From: Strigamia acuminata
Taxonomy: Eukaryota
Assembly (NCBI GenBank): GCA_949358305.1
Contig: OX442314.1
Span: forward strand, 6,820,001-6,884,000
DNA length: 64,000 bases
Direction: 5' to 3'
The notes beneath the pieces were generated by a model, which made no database searches, was not told where the DNA came from, and saw only the letters and a list, made by a program, of their open reading frames with translations. The translations under genes and the position numbers were made by a program. This document shows, one piece after another, positions 14,364 to 22,896 of this stretch; positions within the stretch are counted from its first letter, which is position 1; each line of letters starts with the position of its first letter.

Positions 14364-15322
14364 TGTGGTGATCTCAAAATATTCACCAACTTAGAAGATT
14401 AAATTAATTATCTTCTAATTAATTTGACTGTGGCACACGCCAAGTCAGATCATGTGACCGAGGGGAGAAATCCTCTCTAGGCACATATCACCCCAGGTTG
14501 TCCGGGGTGAAAACGGTTATTAGCCGTTATGGTGCAATATGGTGTAATAACCACTAGTTGCACCCATTTGAGCTAAGTGCGCAGGTTTTCTGCGCAATAT
14601 TGAAGCGTGCTGGGCTCGCGTCTTGGCTCAAATCGGGACTCTGAAAAATACAACAACAACCTCAACATCACTGCTTTTGCTCCTGAAAGAAAAGTATTGA
14701 TAGAGGACCGTTGTAACTCAGTTTCACCTGCTATCTTTGTGTATCAAACGCACAAAGCCAGCAATCCTGCTTGAATTAGCCGTCGCTAATTCCAGCAATC
14801 GAGAAGAGAAGATTCCCGACGATCGTGAACCATCGCCGTCGCTGTTGCGCGAACGACAGCCACCGCCATCGTACGAAAGCCGGACGCCTACAGCCGTCAA
14901 CCACCGCCGCCGAGCCGTCGCACGAGCCGTAGAAGGAGCCCACGAGAACCATCGTCTTCGACCATCGTTCGTGAGTTCGTAGAACGAAGACAATTTGCCT
15001 TCGCCTAACAACTTCAAGTTGTTTAAGCGCCATTTCTGACGCTTTGTAGCTTGTAACAGTCGTTGCAAGCCCTTCCTTTGTTTCATTGTTTCCCGCTCAT
15101 TTTATTCTGTGATATTCATAATCATAATTAGTATATATTGTAATTTATCGAATAAAACATTTGTGTGATTTTTATTACCATAATAAACTGTCTTTTTATT
15201 CCTATTTCCGTAAACTTAACCCTAGACAAGTTTCGGCCGCGATATAAGTCTTGTAAAGCATTCACCTGCGGTTTCTGCTTAATTTATTAGAAATTAAGTG
15301 GATAAAAACCCGGATCGCAGCA
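14364..15322 (+). repeat. 5' LTR (959 bp)
   Basis: TGTGGTGATC...GATCGCAGCA; no differences seen by eye from 31499-32457; AATAAA at ~15151 and ~15182. Confidence 0.95.
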
Positions 15323-15324
15323 CG

Positions 15325-15342
15325 TGGGGGCCCGTCCGGGAT
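15325..15342 (+). promoter_or_regulatory. Primer-binding site, tRNA-Pro
   Basis: TGGGGGCCCGTCCGGGAT, 2 nt after the LTR; one mismatch to the MLV-type tRNA-Pro PBS TGGGGGCTCGTCCGGGAT. Confidence 0.9.
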
Positions 15343-15436
15343 AGTCATTGTATAAATTTTGATAGTTTAAAATTTACCCGCCATTTTTATCTTGCTTATC
15401 TTTCTTCTCTATCCTTTCTTTGTCTTCATTTGAAAA

Positions 15437-18400
15437 ATGGCGACTCCAGGCGAAAAGAGACCGAGAGGCAGACCAGCGAAGAGACGAGTGGCGATCGATC
15501 TACCAGCCGTGGATCAAGAAGTGACTGAGTCACAAGAACTGTTTGAAACTATGGATCAAACAGCTAACTGTAACTCGGCACAGTTAATCGTGAATGAATT
15601 CACGCAAGCGTTGGAGCGACAACAGCCATCCCCGCCCAGCGGCCAGTTGGACTTAAAAAATCCAACTGGAAGTGGCCGTTCCAAGTCGCAAAACGATGAT
15701 TTGAATTTACGAATTCAATCATCAAGTGCGGAGCACTCGCTGAATTCATCACCGGTTCAAGGTGCAGCACAACAAGATTCTGAGAACTCCAATATGGAAG
15801 TTTCTCATTCTCCCGTGCGTGTTACCATGATGGACGCACTCCGTGAGCAAGCTAGGCTCGAGGGAGTAAAAGTCACTAGCGAAATGACTGTGGAACAAAT
15901 CCACAAAGCTATGGTTCGCAAACAAAGCCAAAAAGACGTTGAAATCGTCAGAACAAGCTTGCAAGCAGAGTTCGAGCGAATGCGTGCAGAAATGCATCAG
16001 CAAAATGCCGAACTAAAACAACAACGTGCGAATGACCATGTTAAGTTGTTACAATTAGAACAGGAAAAAGCTTCCTGGCTAATTACTGACGAAGAGCAAC
16101 AACAAAGGCTCGAGCAACTAAATCAAGCCCAAAAAGATTTAGAAATTGCTAATGAAAATTTGAGATTGGCCAACGCAAATTTGCGAGAAGCCAACACAAA
16201 TTTAATGACTGCCGAACTAACCGCCCCAGTTCGAGCGAGGGAAGTAATTCCCTCCACTTCTCGAAATTACGAGAATCATGCTGCAGAGCAAGCAGCAAGA
16301 GCTAAGAGATTAGCACAACGAGAAAACGAAGTATTTCTCGCTCGACAGCAGTCCGTAATTGATGCTGGTCTAGCCGCCAAAAGTCAAAGTACTGCAGAGC
16401 AGTTATTACGTGCCGACTTAGCTGCGCAAGCTCGTGAAAACGAAATTCTTCGCGCAGATCTATTGACGGTACAAGAGAACTTTGCAGTAGTAGTACAAAA
16501 AGTACAAGACGTTTGTGGCGAAGATAATTTTGCAAAGCCAGCCCCAGTTTTGCAAAAAGGTGCTTCCAAATCACCTGAGTTGATTGATTTAACATCAGCT
16601 AAACCAAAAGTCAGTCGACAATCAAGTTGGACTGACAGTGATGACTCACGCAGTAGTCGTGGAAGCCGTAACAGTCATCACAGTCGCAAAAAGCGAAAGC
16701 GACAACCAGACCCGACCGAATATCATTCCCCAAAAGTTACGCAAGATTCGGATCGATTCTTTAGCAATAGCGACCGATTAATCGGAATGCTAGAGAAAAA
16801 GAATAAAGAACGTGAGAAACCACACGATCGTGGACGGTCACACGATAATCCGCGAGAAGGCTCACCAAAACGAGATTGTCATAACGACATCCGTGATGGG
16901 CCGAGATACCGTGGAAATCCGCCAGGTGGTGACCCACCAGGTGGAGATAGTTCAGATGGACATGGAGGTGGCCACTCACGTGACCACAATTCGAATGGCA
17001 ATCGAAATGGAAGGGGACCACCAAATGGAGACCGTCGTCCGCCAGATGGCGACGATCCTCCGGACCCTGATCCGCCGCCAAATCCGAATCATGAATCTGC
17101 GTCAGATACAGATTCCTCACGTCCCAGTGTGAGAGGGCGATCTCGTCACAGAACACGTAGTAGAACTCAAAGACCCGATTTCTACACGAAAGATGAGATT
17201 GACCAGTTGTTGAGGCAAAATGCTCAACAACAGCGAAAAAGCAGAAGGGATAAAATTATTTTGCAAAAAATAAGTGAATTTACTTCTGATAAATGGACTC
17301 ATCAAACAACAGATGAAAAGTTCATTAGATGGGATCGAGTTATCCCACATGCCTATAATGGAAATTGGCAAGCAGGGTCAAACCTCTTGCTGGAAATATT
17401 CGAACTAGGCAAAGTTCACAGTTTTAGCTGTGAAGGTGCATTGGCCCATCTAGTACCAAGAATACTAGTTGGCGGTGTCAAGGAGTGGTTTCGCAGGAAA
17501 GACTTCACGAAGTGGGATGACTTCGTTAAACAATTTATGTTTAAATTTGGTGAATCGAGCGAAGACATCAAAACGCTCTGGAGATGTCTTAAGCAACGAA
17601 AAGGCGAAAGCTTACATTCGTACATGCTAAGAGCAGAGAATCTGCTTGGCAGAATGCCACATGCTGTTACTGATGCAACAGCAGATGATCAGTTTAGAGC
17701 TGGCCTCACAGAATATAGTAAAAATATTCTGATGATGTCGGACGCTCCCGACCCGGGGAAATTCTCCGAGTTAAACGAATTCATGGAAGTCAATCAATTG
17801 CGCATTGACGAAAAGTACAAAGCTTATCTTACAGAAGCCGAAAGGTCAGCGTACTTAAAGCGAGAGAAAAGACTCGCTGAGCAAAACAATGAAACCTTTA
17901 ATGGTTTGAAATTGTTGCAGCCACCTAGTTACGAAGACTTTCTAGACGAAGTGGATGAGAAGAGTTCGAAAAAAGAATCTTCCAAAAAGGACGTCAAAAA
18001 TCCTCATTCAGTCCCTAAGTTACACGCAAATATAACTGGAGCTGAAACTCCGTCGTCTGAAGCTGAAGAAGCTGAAGAGGAGGAGGAAACAGGAGACGAG
18101 ACGATGGCTTTATTGGCCAAAGCAGCGGCGTTGTTAGCAAAAAATAACCCCGTTGCGGGCAAATGGAAGCCAAGGATGAAACCAAAAAATGTTTCATTTG
18201 ACGCATCAAAGGTGAATACCGAAAGGAATTCAAAGTCACCTGCGGTGTCGCCAGAGCGCCGGTCTGACGCTCGTTCTCGTTCTGCCTCGCCAGCAGCAAC
18301 GAAAAAGAAATCGCCTGCCACTGATCCATGCAATTTATGCAAAAAATTAGGGCATTGGCAAAAAGACTGCCCTTCCTCTAAAAAGGACAAACCAGTGTCA

Positions 18401-18460
18401 ACAGCTGAGTTTGAAAAAGCAGTCAAGATCATAACTGACATGTTTCGAAAAAACTTGTAG
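15437..18460 (+). CDS. gag: Gag polyprotein (1007 aa)
   Basis: Coiled-coil-like N-terminus, capsid-like segment (W..F...F...FG...LKQRKGESLHSY), C-terminal CCHC knuckle CNLCKKLGHWQKDC. Confidence 0.92.
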   Translation: MATPGEKRPRGRPAKRRVAIDLPAVDQEVTESQELFETMDQTANCNSAQLIVNEFTQALERQQPSPPSGQLDLKNPTGSGRSKSQNDDLNLRIQSSSAEHSLNSSPVQGAAQQDSENSNMEVSHSPVRVTMMDALREQARLEGVKVTSEMTVEQIHKAMVRKQSQKDVEIVRTSLQAEFERMRAEMHQQNAELKQQRANDHVKLLQLEQEKASWLITDEEQQQRLEQLNQAQKDLEIANENLRLANANLREANTNLMTAELTAPVRAREVIPSTSRNYENHAAEQAARAKRLAQRENEVFLARQQSVIDAGLAAKSQSTAEQLLRADLAAQARENEILRADLLTVQENFAVVVQKVQDVCGEDNFAKPAPVLQKGASKSPELIDLTSAKPKVSRQSSWTDSDDSRSSRGSRNSHHSRKKRKRQPDPTEYHSPKVTQDSDRFFSNSDRLIGMLEKKNKEREKPHDRGRSHDNPREGSPKRDCHNDIRDGPRYRGNPPGGDPPGGDSSDGHGGGHSRDHNSNGNRNGRGPPNGDRRPPDGDDPPDPDPPPNPNHESASDTDSSRPSVRGRSRHRTRSRTQRPDFYTKDEIDQLLRQNAQQQRKSRRDKIILQKISEFTSDKWTHQTTDEKFIRWDRVIPHAYNGNWQAGSNLLLEIFELGKVHSFSCEGALAHLVPRILVGGVKEWFRRKDFTKWDDFVKQFMFKFGESSEDIKTLWRCLKQRKGESLHSYMLRAENLLGRMPHAVTDATADDQFRAGLTEYSKNILMMSDAPDPGKFSELNEFMEVNQLRIDEKYKAYLTEAERSAYLKREKRLAEQNNETFNGLKLLQPPSYEDFLDEVDEKSSKKESSKKDVKNPHSVPKLHANITGAETPSSEAEEAEEEEETGDETMALLAKAAALLAKNNPVAGKWKPRMKPKNVSFDASKVNTERNSKSPAVSPERRSDARSRSASPAATKKKSPATDPCNLCKKLGHWQKDCPSSKKDKPVSTAEFEKAVKIITDMFRKNL

Positions 18461-18494
18461 ACGCAGATCCATCAGGTCTAGTGGACGCTGCGTC
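18448..18494 (+). promoter_or_regulatory. -1 programmed ribosomal frameshift signal
   Basis: Slippery heptamer A_AAA_AAC in the gag frame just before the gag stop; downstream stem GACGCAG/CTGCGTC; pol is in the -1 frame and open from the heptamer. Confidence 0.85.
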
Positions 18495-21400
18495 ACCTCC
18501 GAAATCGGAATCAGAGAATGAAAATCTGAAGATAATGGAAGATGTTGGAGAAGTTATTGATGAATTAATTCGTCAAACAGAACTAAAAGAAAAAGGATCT
18601 CTTGATGTAAAAAAGGAGATTGTCGGCGAAACCCCGACTGAAGAAGACACTTCCAATATTCAAGATAAAGTCGAAGTTAAAGACGATAGACCAAGCTCAG
18701 TTCCAGAGACACCTGGAATTGAGGAATGCATTAAGTTATTTGCAACTACAACTCTTGATACCAATGAGTTATTAGATGAATTGCCTTTGGAGCCTCCAAT
18801 TACAATTCCTCATAAATTGCGCAAGTTTGAGTGCAAAGTGGCTGGAATACCAAACAGCCAAGACCTTCCGACGTTAAAGTTAGAAACGTTAAAAGGTGTA
18901 ATAACCGGAATGTTGGACTCAGGAGCAAATAAAAGCTTCCTAGCCACTTCAGTTATTAATCAATTAGGTCTAGAAAAATATCTACGACCTATCGGACCTG
19001 GTGTCAGAGTTACGACGGCAAGTGAAGAAGTCACTCCAGATGGAACCATCCATCTTTCATTTCGATGGACACATGGCACGTTACGTCATCCGTTCATCGT
19101 AATACCAAATAAGTATCCAATGGTACTATTGGGTTGCGATTTTATGAATAAATTAAAAATCCAACCTAATCCACAGACGATGTCTTGGAATTTCACGCAA
19201 CCTATGGATGCAGATTTACCCTACATTCCACAAGCGTTGCTGGATCGTTATTTGGAGAAAATAGAGGAACCCGATTCCTCATTTATGACCTTTGCAAAAG
19301 CTTACGCTGCAAGTGTAACTCAAGGCAAAATTGATGAAGAGAATTTCATCCAAAAGTTAGTCGAAGAAGCTAACTTAAATTTGGAGCAATCCAAATTATT
19401 AGAAAAGATGTTATCCAAACATAAAAGGATTATTTCTAAAGATCCAGGTAAAACACACCTGGTTAAGCACAAAATTGAGCTTGACACGGAGAAACCCATC
19501 CGTGTCCCCTTTAAGAGCATAAACCCTCAAAAAAGGGAAATAATCAGACAACTTTGTCAAGACATGATTGACAAAGGCGTAGTCGTCAAAGCTGAAGGCG
19601 ATTACGGAATGCGGCCAGTCCTAGTCATGCGACCAGGAAACGACCCACGCTTGTGCATTGATTTTCGCCCCATCAATACACATACTAAGTACAACCCACC
19701 TCAAATGCCAACAATTGAGGAAATTCTGCGAGAAATCGGAGAATTCGAATGGGTCAGTACTATAGATCTGACCAAGGGATATTGGCAGATAGAATTGCGA
19801 CCTGAAGACAGAGAAAAAACTGCCTTCTGGAGCCCAATGGGAAGACTAATGTTTTTAGTCATGCCTTTCGGATTAGTAAACGCACCAACTACCTTCCAAG
19901 AATTAATGGAAAAAGTTTTGGGTGACGTTTACAGAAAATTTGCATGGGCATATTTGGATGACATAATTATTGTATCCAAATCGTTCGAAGAACACATTAA
20001 ACATTTAGATATAGTGTTTAAAAAATTGGCAGAAGCTAATTTACATGCGCACCCTGGCAAGACGCATCTCTGTAGAAAGGAATTAATTTTTCTAGGCTAC
20101 AAAGTAGGAGTAGAAGGACTTGCAGTAGACCCTAAAAAAGTCGCTGCAATTACGCAATTTCCTGCTCCTACCAATCTTAAGGAATTACAAAGATTTCTAG
20201 GCATGGTGAATTTCTTTCACCGCCTAATCAAGAATTTGGCCACAGTGGCAGAACCACTAAGGCCACTCTTGAAGAAAGATGCGGAGTTCGATTGGGAACT
20301 GCATCATCAAGCAGCATTCGACGCAATAAAAGACCTGCTTACGAATGCTGAAACAATGAAGATGCCTGACTTGTACATGCCATTTATTGTTCATACTGAC
20401 GCCAGTAAACAAGGGTTGGGTGCAGCCCTTACACAAAAGAAAAATGTGGATGGCCAAGAAGTCGAAATGCCATGCGTGTATGCAAGCAGAAGCTTGCAAC
20501 CCGCTGAAAAGAATTATACTGTGACAGAATTAGAATGTCTCGCAGTAGTATGGGGATTACGCAAATTTCGCCCATACTTAGAGTACACTACATTCACTGT
20601 ACAAACGGATCACCAAGCACTTAGGTGGTTGATGTCGTTATCTGACCCGTCGGGCAGATTAGCTCGTTGGCAAATGGAGCTGATGGCGTATTCGTTCGAA
20701 ATACAATACGTCAAAGGTCCGCTAAATGTAATAGCAGACGCATTGTCACGTGCACCTGTCAGCGCACCTGACGAACCAGAAGACGATGGCGATAATGATG
20801 ATTTATTATCATATTGTCCATCTCCTTGCCGAAGTTGGCAAATGGGAAAATTGAACGAATTACCCAAGTCAATAATAGTTAATGACGACGATCAAGCATT
20901 AATTAATTTTTGTATTAACATGCATGATCCGTCAGGAACCCCTGACGTCGAATTAAGAGCTATGATGGCTAAAAAATTCGAGCTGCCAACAACAAATGTT
21001 TTAATTAAAGCATTTGCAGCTAAAATTGCGAAGCAATTAGAATGTGATCCTCCAACGAGAGATGACATTATTGCAGCGCAAAAAGCAGACGAATTTTGCC
21101 AACATATTCGCAATTACTTGCTAAACAAGCAATATCCAAGTTACATAGTAACTCGTCTTCAAAGAAGAAACTTTGAAAGACACGCGAGTACTTATCTCAT
21201 TGAAGAAGATATGCTACTCCATTATCATCCTACCTCCACCGATGAATTGGGAGAGGATGGTAGGGCACTTAAAGTTGTTGTGCCAAGAAAATTGATTTAT
21301 AAAATCATTTGGTTGATGCACGGACATCCACTGTCCGGCCACCCAGGCATTGCGAGGACAATGTACCGAACTCGAAGAGTTTATACCTGGAAAGGTATGA

Positions 21401-22707
21401 AACGTGATATTACACGTTTTATTCAACATTGTCAAGGATGTCAGGCATGTAAGCCGAGATCAAAGACCGAAATTGAAGGCGCTCAAATTGGACCATTTGG
21501 ACCATTTGACTGCCTCAGTGTGGATTTGTCTGGTCCCAAACCAAGAACCAGAAAAAACAATACCCACATTTGCGTCATCGTAGATGTCGCTACACATTGG
21601 CCCGAATTATTTCCAATGTGTAATCCAACGGCAATAAAAGTTGCCAACACAATTTATCACTTATCAATGACTTTCGGATTTCCGAGACAAATCATAAGTG
21701 ATAATGGACCACAATTTCGATCACAGGTCTATAAAGAATTTTGCAAAAAATTCGACATGTCGCGAACACCGACATCGATTTATCATCCACAAAGCAATCC
21801 TGTGGAGAGAACCAATCGAGATATTAAATATTTAGTTTCGATTTATTTAGATATTCATGACCAATGGGATGAGTATCTACGCGAATTTGCATTCAGTTTG
21901 AGAACAACTGTAACAAGAGGCAGAGATTATTCTCCTGCTTTCTTAAATTTTTTCCGAGAATTAAGAATTCCTTGGGATCCAAGAATTCCGGAAGGAATTT
22001 TAGTCATTGATCCAAAAAATCCGCATTTATATGTTCAGAAATTAGAAACAATAATTGCAGAGACGTATCAGCATATGATGTCTCACGTCTTAGATTTGAG
22101 ACGCCGTGTCGAAGCTGAAAAATCAGATAAGAAATTCGACAACTTCAGACAAAATGATTTAGTCTGGCGAGAGTCTCATATTCTCTCAAATGCCGCTAAA
22201 GGAATAGCAGCAGGCATTTCACCGAAAAGGAATGGGCCTTATGTAATTATCAAAAGGTTACAAGGAGGCGCCTTTCAACTTCGACGGCTGAGTGATAATA
22301 AAATTTATCCAGCTGTTCACGGCACTGAATTAATGCCGTACTTTCCCGTTTTCAACCAAGAAATTTGGCTGGAAGGGGAGGAAGTGGGTCAAAAAACAAA
22401 AAATATTGTTAATACCTTGGATGATGCTAAATTATCCAAAATTCCTGTCGAAAACACGGAATCGAGTAAAAAATCGAAACTCAAAAATAACGAAGTCGAT
22501 GAAATAAACCAGCGACTTGAAAATGTTTCTCTTGATGAAAATCTAGAAAAGGAAATGTTTTTAGAAAAAGAGAAAATTTCAAACAATGAAGTATATAACT
22601 CATCTGACATTGGAGACGATGCTGATGACAATCTAAACAAGTTGGATTGTACTTCGCGAAAGTCAAAGTACAACTTGAGATCTCGCGTTCCGCGAGCCAA
22701 GACATAG
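18481..22707 (+). CDS. pol: Pol: aspartic protease, reverse transcriptase, RNase H, integrase
   Basis: LDSGA protease, YLDD RT, TDAS RNase H, HHCC zinc motif, VDLSGP/SDNGPQF/VERTNR integrase triad, GPY motif; no stops or frameshifts. Confidence 0.97.
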   Translation: MDAASPPKSESENENLKIMEDVGEVIDELIRQTELKEKGSLDVKKEIVGETPTEEDTSNIQDKVEVKDDRPSSVPETPGIEECIKLFATTTLDTNELLDELPLEPPITIPHKLRKFECKVAGIPNSQDLPTLKLETLKGVITGMLDSGANKSFLATSVINQLGLEKYLRPIGPGVRVTTASEEVTPDGTIHLSFRWTHGTLRHPFIVIPNKYPMVLLGCDFMNKLKIQPNPQTMSWNFTQPMDADLPYIPQALLDRYLEKIEEPDSSFMTFAKAYAASVTQGKIDEENFIQKLVEEANLNLEQSKLLEKMLSKHKRIISKDPGKTHLVKHKIELDTEKPIRVPFKSINPQKREIIRQLCQDMIDKGVVVKAEGDYGMRPVLVMRPGNDPRLCIDFRPINTHTKYNPPQMPTIEEILREIGEFEWVSTIDLTKGYWQIELRPEDREKTAFWSPMGRLMFLVMPFGLVNAPTTFQELMEKVLGDVYRKFAWAYLDDIIIVSKSFEEHIKHLDIVFKKLAEANLHAHPGKTHLCRKELIFLGYKVGVEGLAVDPKKVAAITQFPAPTNLKELQRFLGMVNFFHRLIKNLATVAEPLRPLLKKDAEFDWELHHQAAFDAIKDLLTNAETMKMPDLYMPFIVHTDASKQGLGAALTQKKNVDGQEVEMPCVYASRSLQPAEKNYTVTELECLAVVWGLRKFRPYLEYTTFTVQTDHQALRWLMSLSDPSGRLARWQMELMAYSFEIQYVKGPLNVIADALSRAPVSAPDEPEDDGDNDDLLSYCPSPCRSWQMGKLNELPKSIIVNDDDQALINFCINMHDPSGTPDVELRAMMAKKFELPTTNVLIKAFAAKIAKQLECDPPTRDDIIAAQKADEFCQHIRNYLLNKQYPSYIVTRLQRRNFERHASTYLIEEDMLLHYHPTSTDELGEDGRALKVVVPRKLIYKIIWLMHGHPLSGHPGIARTMYRTRRVYTWKGMKRDITRFIQHCQGCQACKPRSKTEIEGAQIGPFGPFDCLSVDLSGPKPRTRKNNTHICVIVDVATHWPELFPMCNPTAIKVANTIYHLSMTFGFPRQIISDNGPQFRSQVYKEFCKKFDMSRTPTSIYHPQSNPVERTNRDIKYLVSIYLDIHDQWDEYLREFAFSLRTTVTRGRDYSPAFLNFFRELRIPWDPRIPEGILVIDPKNPHLYVQKLETIIAETYQHMMSHVLDLRRRVEAEKSDKKFDNFRQNDLVWRESHILSNAAKGIAAGISPKRNGPYVIIKRLQGGAFQLRRLSDNKIYPAVHGTELMPYFPVFNQEIWLEGEEVGQKTKNIVNTLDDAKLSKIPVENTESSKKSKLKNNEVDEINQRLENVSLDENLEKEMFLEKEKISNNEVYNSSDIGDDADDNLNKLDCTSRKSKYNLRSRVPRAKT

Positions 22708-22759
22708 TGTTGTCTTTCACCTTTTGGGTTTACCCAAAAGATCCGAGAAAGCAATCTCG

Positions 22760-22872
22760 TGACGTCATTCGTAGTACCCACTCGAATGACAACGTTAATC
22801 ATACGTTATAATTAGTGACGTCACAAAGCGTCTCTAATCCAAGTTCGTGTTTGCAATCAACGAACTTAGTCA
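22760..22872 (+). promoter_or_regulatory. Candidate internal promoter for ORF3
   Basis: Two perfect TGACGTCA (CRE) palindromes (22760-22767, 22816-22823) and Inr-like TTAGTC (22866-22871) about 30 nt upstream of ATG 22897. Confidence 0.45.
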
Positions 22873-22896
22873 CTTTTTCAAAAGTTTCGAGAGTGT

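Noticed and set aside
14724..15086. Sense and antisense ORFs inside the LTR (also in other LTR copies and at 60537-60896)
   Set aside because: Similarity to the solo LTR switches reading frame, indicating nucleotide-level conservation; one short stretch (RTKPAI) has synonymous-looking changes but the frame is not maintained.
18458..18481. Stop-codon readthrough between gag and pol
   Set aside because: Pol is in the -1 frame, not in frame with gag.
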